Assembly: GCA_023434365.1 (NCBI GenBank)
Contig: JAEYSV010000042.1
Location: 23,546-87,545, forward strand
Length of the DNA stretch: 64,000 nucleotides
DNA from: Bacillota bacterium
Lineage (GTDB): Bacteria > Bacillota > Clostridia > Lachnospirales > Lachnospiraceae
Direction of reading: 5' to 3'
A model generated the notes under the pieces. The model was not told where the DNA came from. It made no database searches and saw nothing but the letters and a program-made list of their open reading frames with translations. Shown piece after piece: positions 17,284-27,476 of the stretch. The position numbers were made by a program, and so were the translations under genes. Each line of letters starts with the position of its first letter. Position 1 is the first letter of the stretch.

Positions 17284-19656
17284 TTATCTTTTAAGCATAT
17301 ATCTAATCCCTTTTAGATAATGGCCATTCGCAATCTCTAGCATTCCCTCCAAGACATAATTGCTCAAGCCGCCACTTATTTTCATAGCGGAGAGAGAACA
17401 ATCTGTCGCAGATGTTATCATCATTCGAAAGGTAGGATTGTTATAATCAACTTTTCCTTCAAAGCCCTTCGCTACTTTTTTTTCAACGACTTTGTACATA
17501 ATTTTCATAGTCAGAGAATAATCTTTTAGCTCCGTCACAGTATTCTCCATCGTAAATTGTCCTTTTATAAGAGGCTTTTCTACGACCGTGTGACCTAGTA
17601 ATCTCTCCCATTCTTGTTGGGTTGGAATTCCCAAAGGCTTATCATACCAACTTCCCGCTAGTTCTTGTTGAAGTTCTAATTCATCACCCTCAAGGAATAG
17701 CTCTGTCTCGAGCAGGAGGTCTCTACTGTTACCTCCAAGCTCGATTAAGTAAGCTCCTCTTGCTACTTTCCATCCCCCATTCCAGATAGCAAAACTTCGT
17801 TTATCAAGATAAATTACAGCTTGCTTCGTTTCACCAGGTTTCAGGAATAATTTATGAAAACCTTTTAACTCCCTAATAGGTCGGTGAATACCATTTACAG
17901 GGGGTGCCACATATAACTGTACCACCTCCGCTCCTTCATATTCACCAGTATTGGTAACATCCAGAATTACCTTATATTGATTATTCTCTTCGGAGGTTGT
18001 CTCCACTCTAAGATTCGAATAATGAAAGCTGGTATAGGATAATCCATAACCAAAAGGAAAGCGTACAGGGGAATCGGCCTTATCATAATATCGATAACCC
18101 ACGTAGATTCCTTCTCTATAATGAGCATCTTTCTTATTATAATAAGAAGCACTAATACAGTCCTCATAGACAATCGGCCAGGTCTCAGCAAGCTTACCTG
18201 CGGGTATCGCTTTTCCATAAAGCAGATTAACAATTGCCTCACCACCTGCTTGACCAGGAAGAGCCATATAAAGCACAGCCTTTACCTTATCAATCCAGGG
18301 AATTTCCACTACACTGCCGCTCATTAATACAACTACCGTGTTCGGGTTAGCCTCTGCTACCGCTGCAACCAGGAGATTGTGCCCTTTGGGCATCTTCATA
18401 TCCTTTCGATCAAAGCCCTCAGACTCGTAACTATCCGTAAGTCCGGCAAATACGATCGGAATTTCCACCTTCTTTGCCAATGCGACAGCTCTTTGCAGCT
18501 GCTCCTTCGTAGTATCTCCCTCTCTATTGCAGCCCTCTTCATATGGTACTTTCCTAAGAACATCGGTTACATTAACAAACTTGGTGGGGTTGATGTGACT
18601 GCTTCCGGATCCCTGATAGCGTATCTCCTCTGCCATTGCTCCGATGAAGCCAATTTTCTTTTTTGAATCTAATGGAAGTATTGCATCATCATTTTTCAAA
18701 AGCACCGCACTCTGCTCGGCAGCAACTCTTGCCAGCGTATGATGCTCCTTTAAATCATAGTTATACTCCTTGTCTAGTGCCTTGTTTGCATTCATAATCA
18801 TCTCAAAAACTCGTGTAGCACAGATATCGATTTGCTCTTCACTGATGATACCGGCTTTAACAGCCGCCAAGGTCTCCTTCTCCATGTATGCGGATCCACC
18901 AGGCATTACCAGGTCGCAGCCCGCACGAAAACCTTCTATTCTATCATGCATTGCTCCCCAATCTGTTACCACCATCCCCCGAAAGCCCCATTCCTCACGT
19001 AAAATATCGGTTAAGAGCTCTTTATTATCACTGCAATACGTTCCGTTGAGTTTATTATAAGCACACATAACCGTTGCCGGCTGTCCTTCTTTTACCGCAA
19101 TTTCAAAGGCGGTCAGATAAATTTCCCGTAAGGTGCGTTCATCCAGTATACTATCAGAGGAAAATCTCTTTTTTTCCTGATTGTTACATGCAAAGTGCTT
19201 CAGGCTGGTTCCAATGCCATCCTTCTGGGCCTCTCTAATATACGCAGCGCCCAATTTTCCAGAAAGATACGGATCTTCTGAAAAATACTCAAAGTTCCTT
19301 CCGCAAAGAGGATTTCTTTTGATATTTACTCCTGGACCTAATACGACACCAACCTTATTAGCGGCAGCTTCTTTTGCTATGGCTGCTCCAATCTTACCAA
19401 GTAGATCCGTATCCCAGCTACAGCCTGTAGTAGCTGCAGTTGGAAAACAGGTAGCTGGTATTGATTGATTAATCCCCAACATATCTGTATCGTTCTCCTG
19501 TTTACGAAGTCCATGTGGTCCATCACACATCATCATATGAGGAATCCCATATCCATCCATCTTTTTTGTATGCCAAAAATCAGCACCGCTGCCCAGAGCT
19601 ATTTTATCCTCTAAGCTCATTTGTTTTAATATCTCTATGTAATTCATTCTTATCAC
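17284..19656 (-). CDS. GH3 beta-glucosidase
   Basis: DGPHGLR, GRNFEYFSEDP, KHFACN, VTDWG nucleophile motif, FPFGYGLSY, Fn3-like C-terminus. Confidence 0.95.
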   Translation of the reverse strand: MIRMNYIEILKQMSLEDKIALGSGADFWHTKKMDGYGIPHMMMCDGPHGLRKQENDTDMLGINQSIPATCFPTAATTGCSWDTDLLGKIGAAIAKEAAANKVGVVLGPGVNIKRNPLCGRNFEYFSEDPYLSGKLGAAYIREAQKDGIGTSLKHFACNNQEKKRFSSDSILDERTLREIYLTAFEIAVKEGQPATVMCAYNKLNGTYCSDNKELLTDILREEWGFRGMVVTDWGAMHDRIEGFRAGCDLVMPGGSAYMEKETLAAVKAGIISEEQIDICATRVFEMIMNANKALDKEYNYDLKEHHTLARVAAEQSAVLLKNDDAILPLDSKKKIGFIGAMAEEIRYQGSGSSHINPTKFVNVTDVLRKVPYEEGCNREGDTTKEQLQRAVALAKKVEIPIVFAGLTDSYESEGFDRKDMKMPKGHNLLVAAVAEANPNTVVVLMSGSVVEIPWIDKVKAVLYMALPGQAGGEAIVNLLYGKAIPAGKLAETWPIVYEDCISASYYNKKDAHYREGIYVGYRYYDKADSPVRFPFGYGLSYTSFHYSNLRVETTSEENNQYKVILDVTNTGEYEGAEVVQLYVAPPVNGIHRPIRELKGFHKLFLKPGETKQAVIYLDKRSFAIWNGGWKVARGAYLIELGGNSRDLLLETELFLEGDELELQQELAGSWYDKPLGIPTQQEWERLLGHTVVEKPLIKGQFTMENTVTELKDYSLTMKIMYKVVEKKVAKGFEGKVDYNNPTFRMMITSATDCSLSAMKISGGLSNYVLEGMLEIANGHYLKGIRYMLKR

Positions 19657-19696
19657 CCCGTATATAACATCTTATCGTTTTATGTATAGCTTGAAA

Positions 19697-19710
19697 GTGA
19701 AACGTTTCTA
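19697..19710. promoter_or_regulatory. LacI/CcpA-type palindromic operator upstream of GH3
   Basis: GAAACGTTTC perfect palindrome at 19699-19708. Confidence 0.55.
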
Positions 19711-19872
19711 TCTCTTACACGCTTATTGCGTATTACTATAAATATTATATCACTAATTAGTGGTTTATAGATACTAATTAACTAATTTGCATTAAATGAA
19801 TCCGCTTTGACTATTCCAAAGGTGTAATTTGACTTAGTGTTAAGGTTTTAGATGCATCCTAGGAAACAAAGA

Positions 19873-19896
19873 AGGGCACTCTTTTAAGAGTGCCCT
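19873..19896. terminator. Intrinsic terminator
   Basis: AGGGCACTCTT / AAGAGTGCCCT. Confidence 0.75.
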
Positions 19897-19924
19897 CAAC
19901 CATAATCCATCAATACTATAACTG

Positions 19925-20797
19925 CTATTTCTTTTTCACCGGAATCCAAATTTCACTTCTATATTTCGGGTTTCCTGTATCAGGACTCTCATTCCACAGA
20001 ATTTCAGGTCCTGGGGCTGACTCGTATCCTGAAGAAGGAAACCACTCTGAGTATATCCTACCCCACACATTCTGAAGTGTTTGTGGAAATGGTCCAATCG
20101 ATTCGAATACTGCCCAGGTTCCAGAATCGATATTTAATACATCAAATTCTTTAGTTTTATTACTTGATGTTGCGACCCCAATGTAATGATCCAGCTCACC
20201 CTTTTCTTGCATTCTCCCTTCGGAAAAATTAGTAGATGCACTAATAATTCCTGATGGTTCTACATTTGAAATTGATTTTAATTGTTTAATAACCTCCGGT
20301 GTTAATAGTTCGGTCATTTTTGCAATTTCTGGATTGGCACCTTCAAAAATAACAGGAACTCTTTTCTTAAACCCTACTAATTTAAAAGTCTCTTTTTCAA
20401 CAATACGATAGTTCATTTCGCATCCTCCTTTAATTGATAACTGGAAGGTCATTCGAGGATAAGCTTTTAATTGCATATTCTCACTTCTTGCTTCAGAAGG
20501 GAGAATGCCATGCATAGAATGAAAAGCACGGGAAAATGAATCTGCTGAATTATAGCCATATCTGACTGCTACATCAATTATTCTCAAATCCCTATCCTTT
20601 AAATCTAGTGCAGCCAGAGTCAGTCTTCTTCTCCGAATATATTCTGATAAGCTTACTCCTGATAAAAAAGAAAACATCCTCTTAAAATGATACTCTGAAC
20701 AGTAAGCAATTTTAGAAATTTTACTATAGTCGATATCCTCCGTTAAGTGTTCTTCAATATATTCCATTGCATTATTCATACTACTTAAAGTATCCAT
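19925..20797 (-). CDS. AraC-family regulator with GyrI-like effector domain (YdeE-like)
   Basis: Start MDTLSS after AAAGGAGG. YIRRRRL...[17 protein letters not shown]-terminal WAVF...EWFPSSGY...EIWIP. Confidence 0.92.
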   Translation of the reverse strand: MDTLSSMNNAMEYIEEHLTEDIDYSKISKIAYCSEYHFKRMFSFLSGVSLSEYIRRRRLTLAALDLKDRDLRIIDVAVRYGYNSADSFSRAFHSMHGILPSEARSENMQLKAYPRMTFQLSIKGGCEMNYRIVEKETFKLVGFKKRVPVIFEGANPEIAKMTELLTPEVIKQLKSISNVEPSGIISASTNFSEGRMQEKGELDHYIGVATSSNKTKEFDVLNIDSGTWAVFESIGPFPQTLQNVWGRIYSEWFPSSGYESAPGPEILWNESPDTGNPKYRSEIWIPVKKK

Positions 20798-20890
20798 CAA
20801 GCAACCTCCTTTCATCGTAAATATTATCAAAGGATGAATTACATCATCCGACAATCTGTGCACAATATAATCGACTTTCATATGAGTTTG

Positions 20891-21730
20891 TCATTGAATA
20901 TTAGCTCCTTTTAGCAGTTCAACCTCATTTACCAGTCTTTGTAGAATCTCGATTCCTTTTCTTGTACAATCTACATCAGTTGATATTAAGGAAATAACCT
21001 TATCAATCCTTTCCTTGTAATCGTTTGGCTTGATCATAAAACCATCAATCATTTTAACCGCCTTTTTTTCATTGATACAGTATTCTCTGTTTATAGCAAA
21101 TAAGACTTGATTAAGGGAAGATATGCTTCGATAACAATGTCCACAAACATAGGATACATCGTCTTTCTCTATATTTTTTTCAGCGAGCATGAATGAGAAA
21201 CCTGCCTCAAACATAAAAAATTCACCCAACCCTTTTTGCAAAGCTTTCGGATAACCTTCTGCTTGCTTTTTTAATTCAAAAAAGTTCTCATCATTTGCAT
21301 ATTGAATTTTGCTGATTGCCAATTCTCCACGGTACATCGCGCTCATATACCCATGAGGGTGCCCTGTCTGATAATTGGCGGTAACATTTCCTTGCTCCGT
21401 ATCTTTGATTATTTGATCCACCCGTTTCATATCACGTAAAATCAAATCAACATGATACCCATTTATAACTAACCATCCACCGCCATTAACCCAATCTCCC
21501 CACGCTCCAGGAGGTACAACAAGGTTGCTTCTATGCTCATCATCTAGTTCTGTAGCAAGTTGATTAATGGCAACCAGGTCAAATGATTCTAAATTGTAAT
21601 AAATTCCGATATCGATATCAGAATCCTCTGTATGGGTGCCTCTTGCACGTGAGCCCCCTAATACAATGCCTTCAATACAAGGCAAAGAGGATAATTTCTC
21701 TGTTACTAATTGAATAATATGATCTACCAT
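20891..21730 (-). CDS. Pol-beta-like nucleotidyltransferase domain protein
   Basis: GGSRARG...DSDIDIG motif. Start MVDH after GGAG. Confidence 0.82.
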   Translation of the reverse strand: MVDHIIQLVTEKLSSLPCIEGIVLGGSRARGTHTEDSDIDIGIYYNLESFDLVAINQLATELDDEHRSNLVVPPGAWGDWVNGGGWLVINGYHVDLILRDMKRVDQIIKDTEQGNVTANYQTGHPHGYMSAMYRGELAISKIQYANDENFFELKKQAEGYPKALQKGLGEFFMFEAGFSFMLAEKNIEKDDVSYVCGHCYRSISSLNQVLFAINREYCINEKKAVKMIDGFMIKPNDYKERIDKVISLISTDVDCTRKGIEILQRLVNEVELLKGANIQ

Positions 21731-21765
21731 AAGAACACTCCTTTTATCGCTTGGCTTATCAGAAA

Positions 21766-22221
21766 TCATTCATTAATTGCCTCGATACCAAGTTGTTTAA
21801 GCTTATCAAGATTATCCCTCATATTCTGTAGAACTTCCGTAGAGTGTCCCTCCCATTCTAAGACTTCACCCACAACTCGCAGTGGATACTTAGTGCGGTA
21901 GGACCTCGTTGGGTTTCCCGGGAACTTTTTATCCGTCAGATTGGGGTCATCCTCGAATAAACCAGTAGGTTCTACAATATAAATCCGACCAGGTTTGTCG
22001 CCCGTCGCAAGTTCAGCTCCCCAGATAGCAGCGTCAATCGTCGCGGTAAGATAGACGTAATTTGCCTTCTTTCCCTCGCCATAGTTTGAACGATATCCAA
22101 CTTCCAATAAATCTCCAGTCTTTAAGTCAGCTTTTGTACCGTGGTAGAAAGGTCCTAGGTCCAAGGTTTTACTGTTTGATTCATTTTTATTAGTTCCAAT
22201 TAAGTCTTCTTTTTCTTCCAT
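21766..22221 (-). CDS. arr: NAD+-rifampin ADP-ribosyltransferase
   Basis: FYHGTKADL, YVYLTAT, WGAELA, EPTGLFEDDPNLTDKKFPGNPTRSYR are Arr-family signatures. Confidence 0.95.
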   Translation of the reverse strand: MEEKEDLIGTNKNESNSKTLDLGPFYHGTKADLKTGDLLEVGYRSNYGEGKKANYVYLTATIDAAIWGAELATGDKPGRIYIVEPTGLFEDDPNLTDKKFPGNPTRSYRTKYPLRVVGEVLEWEGHSTEVLQNMRDNLDKLKQLGIEAINE

Positions 22222-22282
22222 ACAATGTTCTCCTCTCAAAATCCAATTCGTTGCCGTCTACTTGTAATAGACATAGAAAATT

Positions 22283-23224
22283 CTAATCCTTATTGTACAT
22301 TTTCGTACTTCTATCCAATATATCTTTTGCTACCAATCTCATTTCCTCAGGATATAATACCTGTCCATAACACAAAAGTGCTCTTATGTCTTCTTTGGCA
22401 ACATTCTTGCTATGTAAATTAATCCTTGCAATAACGAAATCGTCAACCTTTTTTATACCAATGATATCATAATTATGAAATACTGATTCATATGACTCTT
22501 GAACCTTAATCTCGACCGGATAATACTCACTTTCGTTTTTACTCTCTTTAAAAGCTTTAATAGAAAGAGTCCAATAACTCTGAAGAACAAAGTCATCTGG
22601 AATGGTAAAAGATTCTTGGAGCATAGATATGCACTTAATTCTTGAACAGTGAAAAGTCCTTATTTCCTGCCTGGTATCGCAAAAAGCTACCAAATACCAT
22701 GCAGCATATTTGAGGACCAGACCATACGGAGCAATGACTCGATCAGACTTTGTTTTATCACTTTGAGTATATTGAATATGAAGCTTCTGTTGTAAGAACA
22801 ACGCCTTCATGATGGGCTGTAAGTCAATCTCTGTAGATGCTTCTTCCCACCAGCTTTTTTTATCAATTAATATTTTCTGTTTACTCTCATCACTTAATCT
22901 ATCCTTACTCAGGTATTTGAAGTTCATTCCGCTTTCTAATGCATTAATAAGCCGTTCTTGCTCCGGCATAGCATACAAATGAGTGACTAAGGTCTTAAAG
23001 GTAACGTCAGTTTGATCAAGATTCAATTGATAGCCATCAACAAAAGCAATCCCGCCATATTGACCGGTTGTCGTGATGATAGGATACCCAGCTTCACATA
23101 AAACATCAATATCTCTATAGATTGTACGAATAGATACTTCAAGAGCATTTGCCATATCATGGGCTTTTACTTTACCCTCTTGATCTAGTTTCATCAAAAT
23201 GCGAATTAATCGATGCACTCTCAT
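22283..23224 (-). CDS. HTH-WYL transcriptional regulator (YafY/YobV-like)
   Basis: LEVSIRTIYRDI wHTH, PYGLV...WYLVA...RTFHCSRI. Confidence 0.92.
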   Translation of the reverse strand: MRVHRLIRILMKLDQEGKVKAHDMANALEVSIRTIYRDIDVLCEAGYPIITTTGQYGGIAFVDGYQLNLDQTDVTFKTLVTHLYAMPEQERLINALESGMNFKYLSKDRLSDESKQKILIDKKSWWEEASTEIDLQPIMKALFLQQKLHIQYTQSDKTKSDRVIAPYGLVLKYAAWYLVAFCDTRQEIRTFHCSRIKCISMLQESFTIPDDFVLQSYWTLSIKAFKESKNESEYYPVEIKVQESYESVFHNYDIIGIKKVDDFVIARINLHSKNVAKEDIRALLCYGQVLYPEEMRLVAKDILDRSTKMYNKD

Positions 23225-23237
23225 AAACTTTTCTCCT

Positions 23238-23261
23238 TTTATGACATACTGATGTCATAAA
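23238..23261. promoter_or_regulatory. Palindromic operator between the WYL regulator and the divergent oxidoreductase
   Basis: TTTATGACAT-ACTG-ATGTCATAAA, perfect 10-bp arms. Confidence 0.75.
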
Positions 23262-23304
23262 TATTCTAGTACAATAAATGTATCAAATAAAAGGAGAGAT
23301 TACA

Positions 23305-24240
23305 ATGCATATCGGTATATTGGGAACTGGATTTGGAAAATATCATGGAGAACTTTACAAAAAAATTGACCCCTCAATTCAATTAACCTTTTGGGGTCGG
23401 AATGAAGAGAAATTAAGAAGGATTCAAGCGGAATTGAAATGTAATTATACTACAGATATTAATACATTTTTAGATGATAAAACCTATGATTTTATTGATA
23501 TTTGTTTACCTTCACAAATACATACAGAATATGCTTTAAAGGCCTTGAAGAAAAACCACTCCATATTCATAGAAACCCCTGCAGTAACCTCGATCGAAGA
23601 TGGTAGAACGATTATGGAAGTTGCAAAGAAAACCGAGAAGAAAGTCTTAGTAGACATGTTTCTACTGTATGACCCATATTATCGTATGATTCATGACTTA
23701 AGTCAAAGCAAACAATACGGTACGCTTAAACACCTTACAATCTACCGAAGAACACCTCCGATATGGGGCAAACTCGGAAGTGATAGCATCGCTACGGCAT
23801 TAATGATTCATGATTTAGACTTTGCGACATGGCTTGGCAATGATCTGAATCTATTTTCCTTTAATGTTACCACAAATTCCGATAATTCAGGGGCAGTGAT
23901 TGATTGTCTTTTATCAAATAACTCTCTCACTGTTCATGTTCAAGGAAACTCTATGCTTTCTATGGGAGCACCGTTTACGGTTGGATATGAGGCCACCTTC
24001 GATAATGCAACTATCAGTTACTCGGAAAAGTCGTTTGAAGATGCTGTTGAGACCGAATGTTATCTTTATTCTAATGGAAAAAAAGAAAAAGTTATCTTTG
24101 AACCCGAAGAGCACTGCTTAGATTTACTCAGAGGAGTCATCAGGGATTTTAATAATCAAGGAAGTAGCGATTTGGCATTAGAAAACGCCCTACATGGTCT
24201 GGCGATTGCTTTTAAGTTGACAGATTCATCTGTGGTTTAG
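23305..24240 (+). CDS. Gfo/Idh/MocA oxidoreductase
   Basis: IGILGTGFG, DICLPSQIH, IETP (variant of EKP), LMIHDLD. Start after AAGGAG. Confidence 0.88.
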   Translation: MHIGILGTGFGKYHGELYKKIDPSIQLTFWGRNEEKLRRIQAELKCNYTTDINTFLDDKTYDFIDICLPSQIHTEYALKALKKNHSIFIETPAVTSIEDGRTIMEVAKKTEKKVLVDMFLLYDPYYRMIHDLSQSKQYGTLKHLTIYRRTPPIWGKLGSDSIATALMIHDLDFATWLGNDLNLFSFNVTTNSDNSGAVIDCLLSNNSLTVHVQGNSMLSMGAPFTVGYEATFDNATISYSEKSFEDAVETECYLYSNGKKEKVIFEPEEHCLDLLRGVIRDFNNQGSSDLALENALHGLAIAFKLTDSSVV

Positions 24241-24245
24241 ATTCC

Positions 24246-24602
24246 TTAATATTCGTTATCTACAAAATGAGCACCACATATATTGCAACGCGTGTCATCT
24301 TTCTTAATCTCTCTATTTCCACAAACTTGACACTCATATTTGTGTTCACTGATTACCAATTTTTTTATCCGTTGACTATGATAATATGCATTCAGTTTCT
24401 TATCTTGGTGTAGTTCAATTATAAGTAAAACACTAAATCCCACAAGAATAATAACTCCAATGGTGAAAGAAATATACGATATTATATGAAGCATACTAAA
24501 ATCAAAAGGAATTATCATTATACCTATAGGCAATACAATCGCCAAGACTATTCCAAGTAATATAACTTTGCCACCATACCAAATTGAATTTATTTTTTTC
24601 AT
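24246..24602 (-). CDS. Small membrane protein with C-terminal zinc ribbon
   Basis: Two TMs, CQVCG...CNICG. Confidence 0.7.
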   Translation of the reverse strand: MKKINSIWYGGKVILLGIVLAIVLPIGIMIIPFDFSMLHIISYISFTIGVIILVGFSVLLIIELHQDKKLNAYYHSQRIKKLVISEHKYECQVCGNREIKKDDTRCNICGAHFVDNEY

Positions 24603-24727
24603 ATTTCTCCTTGTCACATTAAATGTGCTCTATGAATCTATTGACATAAATAGTACTATATAAAACACAGAAGGTTACACGGCTGATAAAATGAGCATCC
24701 CTGTCGAGACAATAAAAGGATCTGTTA

Positions 24728-24761
24728 CCCACGATATGTTCTCGTAAACCCATATCGTGGG
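24728..24761. terminator. Intrinsic terminator after AKR
   Basis: CCCACGATATG / CATATCGTGGG. Confidence 0.7.
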
Positions 24762-24830
24762 CATTAGTTCAGTTCATAGATTGACCATGTAATACCAAAT
24801 TTTATAATGATTTTTTATTGGAGGATCGAT

Positions 24831-25805
24831 TTATCCTTTTATAATATCATTTACTTCTTCCATCTGCTTTTTTGTTAATGGTCCAAAATCCAGCGCTCTG
24901 ATATTGGATTCAACCTGCTTAACATTCTTAAATCCAGGAATGGGCACCATGAATGGGCTTCTTGCCCAATTCCACGCCAACGCTCCCTGCGACATGGTAC
25001 GCCCGCCAGAAGTGATAATCTCTCTAATAGCCTCCAGTTTCTTAAGTAATTGACTGTTTGGAACTCCTTGATTAAAATATACCATCCAGTCTAATGATCC
25101 AGAGCGAATGTCGTCTTTTGGTAACTTGCTGTTTAGGTTATACTTACCCGACAGCAATCCCATAGCCAACGGCTGTCTGTTTAATCCCATGACTTCATGT
25201 TCATCAATAAGTTTAATCATTTCTTCATTATTCGCAAATATATTTAGGTCAAATTGTATTGCACTGCATGCGGGATACTGTAAAATTGCATCTGCTTTAT
25301 TGGGAGCATCCGTACTCCAGCCATAACTGCGGATATCGCCTCTTTCTCTTAGAATCTCAAGTGTCTCTACTACATCATCAATTTGCTCTAACGTTACAGA
25401 CTGCAAATGAAGTTGATAAATATCAATGTAATCCGTACGAAGTCTTCTTAGCGAATCATGACATTCTGCTATAATCGATTCTCTCTCTATACTTTCTCCC
25501 CGTCCTTCTTTTTTCACATCATCACAAGGACATCCAAACTTGGTAGCGATCAGAACTTTATCTCTCACATCATGTAACGCTTCCCCAAGTACTTTCTCGC
25601 TATGTCCATAACCATACGTGGCTGCTGTATCGAATAATGTGATTCCACTCTCATATGCATATCTCAGAGCTTTGATTGAATCCTGATCGTCTACTTTTGA
25701 CCAACCAAGGGGAAGACCTTCTGGTCCCCAAGTACCGCCGATAGCCCAGCATCCCATTCCTAATGGTTTTATTGTTTGATTCAGTTGCTTAATATTAAGT
25801 TCCAT
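24831..25805 (-). CDS. Aldo/keto reductase
   Basis: LGMGCWAIGG, FDTAATYG, ATKFG, DYIDIYQLH, PIPG. Confidence 0.93.
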   Translation of the reverse strand: MELNIKQLNQTIKPLGMGCWAIGGTWGPEGLPLGWSKVDDQDSIKALRYAYESGITLFDTAATYGYGHSEKVLGEALHDVRDKVLIATKFGCPCDDVKKEGRGESIERESIIAECHDSLRRLRTDYIDIYQLHLQSVTLEQIDDVVETLEILRERGDIRSYGWSTDAPNKADAILQYPACSAIQFDLNIFANNEEMIKLIDEHEVMGLNRQPLAMGLLSGKYNLNSKLPKDDIRSGSLDWMVYFNQGVPNSQLLKKLEAIREIITSGGRTMSQGALAWNWARSPFMVPIPGFKNVKQVESNIRALDFGPLTKKQMEEVNDIIKG

Positions 25806-25946
25806 AGTCTCACTTACCTCCTGATTTTTACTTCTTATTTTAGCTACTATATATCATAAAATCATAATAGCTACGAATGCAGGTATGTTCAAGGTCCACT
25901 TCTTTATGTATTTCATAGAACCAATTTATTCATGTGATTGTATTTA

Positions 25947-27335
25947 TTACGGTTCTAAGGCGATTTTTAATCTTTTCACTCCTTCTTCTATCTCACTAAA
26001 ACTTAATTCTCCATATCCCAAAACAAGTTCATTTTGGTGATTTCCTTTCACTATCGAATAATTCTCTACAAAATCAACAATGACGCCGCCCTCTTCTAGC
26101 GACTGCGTATCCTGATCTGTAAAATCTCTACGATATTTAAAGAGTAGATGCAAACCAGCATATTCTCCGGATACCTCCGCATGAGTTTCAAAAGCCTCCT
26201 CGATACATTTCATCAGATGCAACCGCTTCTTTTCATAGACTTTTTTTATTTTGTATATATGTTTATCCAAATACTTATATTCAAGAAATTCAGCTAATGC
26301 CAGCTGTAAGGTTGGGTTGACCCACAGATTCGAAATCTCCATTTGTTTCATCATCATATCACACAAATGATGTGGAACAATCATATAACCGATTCGCAGA
26401 GAGGGAGAGAATATTTTGCTAAAACTTCCACAATAAATAACCCGTTCCGGGTCCAGATTACGAAGTGGCTGCAATGGTTCACCCCTATACCTGAATTCAC
26501 AATCATAATCATCTTCAATCACATAAGCATTCTTCTGATTGGCATACTGTAATAAGGCAATACGGCGTGCTACCGGAAGGATTCCACCAATCGGAAACTG
26601 ATGAGAGGGAACCACATAGATTAAGTCCGTCTTTGGAATCATTTTTAAACCTTCTATCTCCATACCCTGTGCATCAACCGAAACAGGAAGTAATTCATAA
26701 TTATAATTGGAAAAGTTATGACTTACAAAATGAATGCACGGATCTTCTATCGCAATTTTGTTATACATCTTTTTAAAGGTTTTTGCTACGAGCTCTACTC
26801 CACCAGAGGTTCCGGGTGTAATAATAATCTGATGATAATCGCATACAATTCCTTTTACCCTATACACATAATCACAAATAGCTCTCTGTAATTTTTCTTG
26901 CCCGACAAAGTTGCTATAAGAGTTCACTTCGAGCTCCTCTTCCATGCACGCTTGCTTTAATAGCTTTGACCAAATGGTTTTGGGAAATAATTTGGCATCC
27001 GGATTACCAGCATTGAAAGAAATAATGTTATCCTTCTTATGTACTTTACTTATCTTGTAAGAAATGCTATCCTTTTGTAATTGAGAGTATCTTCCAATAT
27101 CTACGACATAAGTTCCTGATCCCTCCATACTCATCAGATAACCTTCTGCAATTAATTGCTCATAAACTTGTATCACGGTATTACGTGATACACCCATTTC
27201 ATTCGCCATACTTCTAGAAGATGGTAGCCTTTCCCCGGCAATCAGGTTGCCATTTAAGATTGCATTCCTTATTTGATTTTGTAACTGCTTTGCAATAGAT
27301 AATGCCATTGTCCTGTTAATCTCAAACCCATACAT
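25947..27335 (-). CDS. MocR/GabR-family regulator (GntR wHTH + PLP aminotransferase-like domain)
   Basis: LPSSR..GVSRNTV..YEQL.AEGY, PSHQFP.G, IEDDYD.EF, GSFSK, LRIGY. Confidence 0.95.
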   Translation of the reverse strand: MYGFEINRTMALSIAKQLQNQIRNAILNGNLIAGERLPSSRSMANEMGVSRNTVIQVYEQLIAEGYLMSMEGSGTYVVDIGRYSQLQKDSISYKISKVHKKDNIISFNAGNPDAKLFPKTIWSKLLKQACMEEELEVNSYSNFVGQEKLQRAICDYVYRVKGIVCDYHQIIITPGTSGGVELVAKTFKKMYNKIAIEDPCIHFVSHNFSNYNYELLPVSVDAQGMEIEGLKMIPKTDLIYVVPSHQFPIGGILPVARRIALLQYANQKNAYVIEDDYDCEFRYRGEPLQPLRNLDPERVIYCGSFSKIFSPSLRIGYMIVPHHLCDMMMKQMEISNLWVNPTLQLALAEFLEYKYLDKHIYKIKKVYEKKRLHLMKCIEEAFETHAEVSGEYAGLHLLFKYRRDFTDQDTQSLEEGGVIVDFVENYSIVKGNHQNELVLGYGELSFSEIEEGVKRLKIALEP

Positions 27336-27349
27336 CGTATCACCTCCGC

Positions 27350-27398
27350 AATTGGTACCTTTAATATCTTAGTCAAATGGCTCTTTTAATTACCATTT
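27350..27398 (+). promoter_or_regulatory. Probable MocR binding array (two direct repeats + one inverted repeat)
   Basis: AATTGG-22-TGG-10-TACC(ATTT). The same spacing recurs at 25878-25927 on the minus strand. Confidence 0.6.
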
Positions 27399-27476
27399 TT
27401 TATTATATAATAATATCCATCATTATACAAATAATGAAATAAAACAACAATACAAGGGTATTAGATAGGAGGAAAT

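Noticed and set aside
20891..21730. Nucleotidyltransferase as an MNT antitoxin or CBASS cyclase
   Set aside because: No adjacent HEPN toxin or CBASS effector genes; the context is drug-response genes
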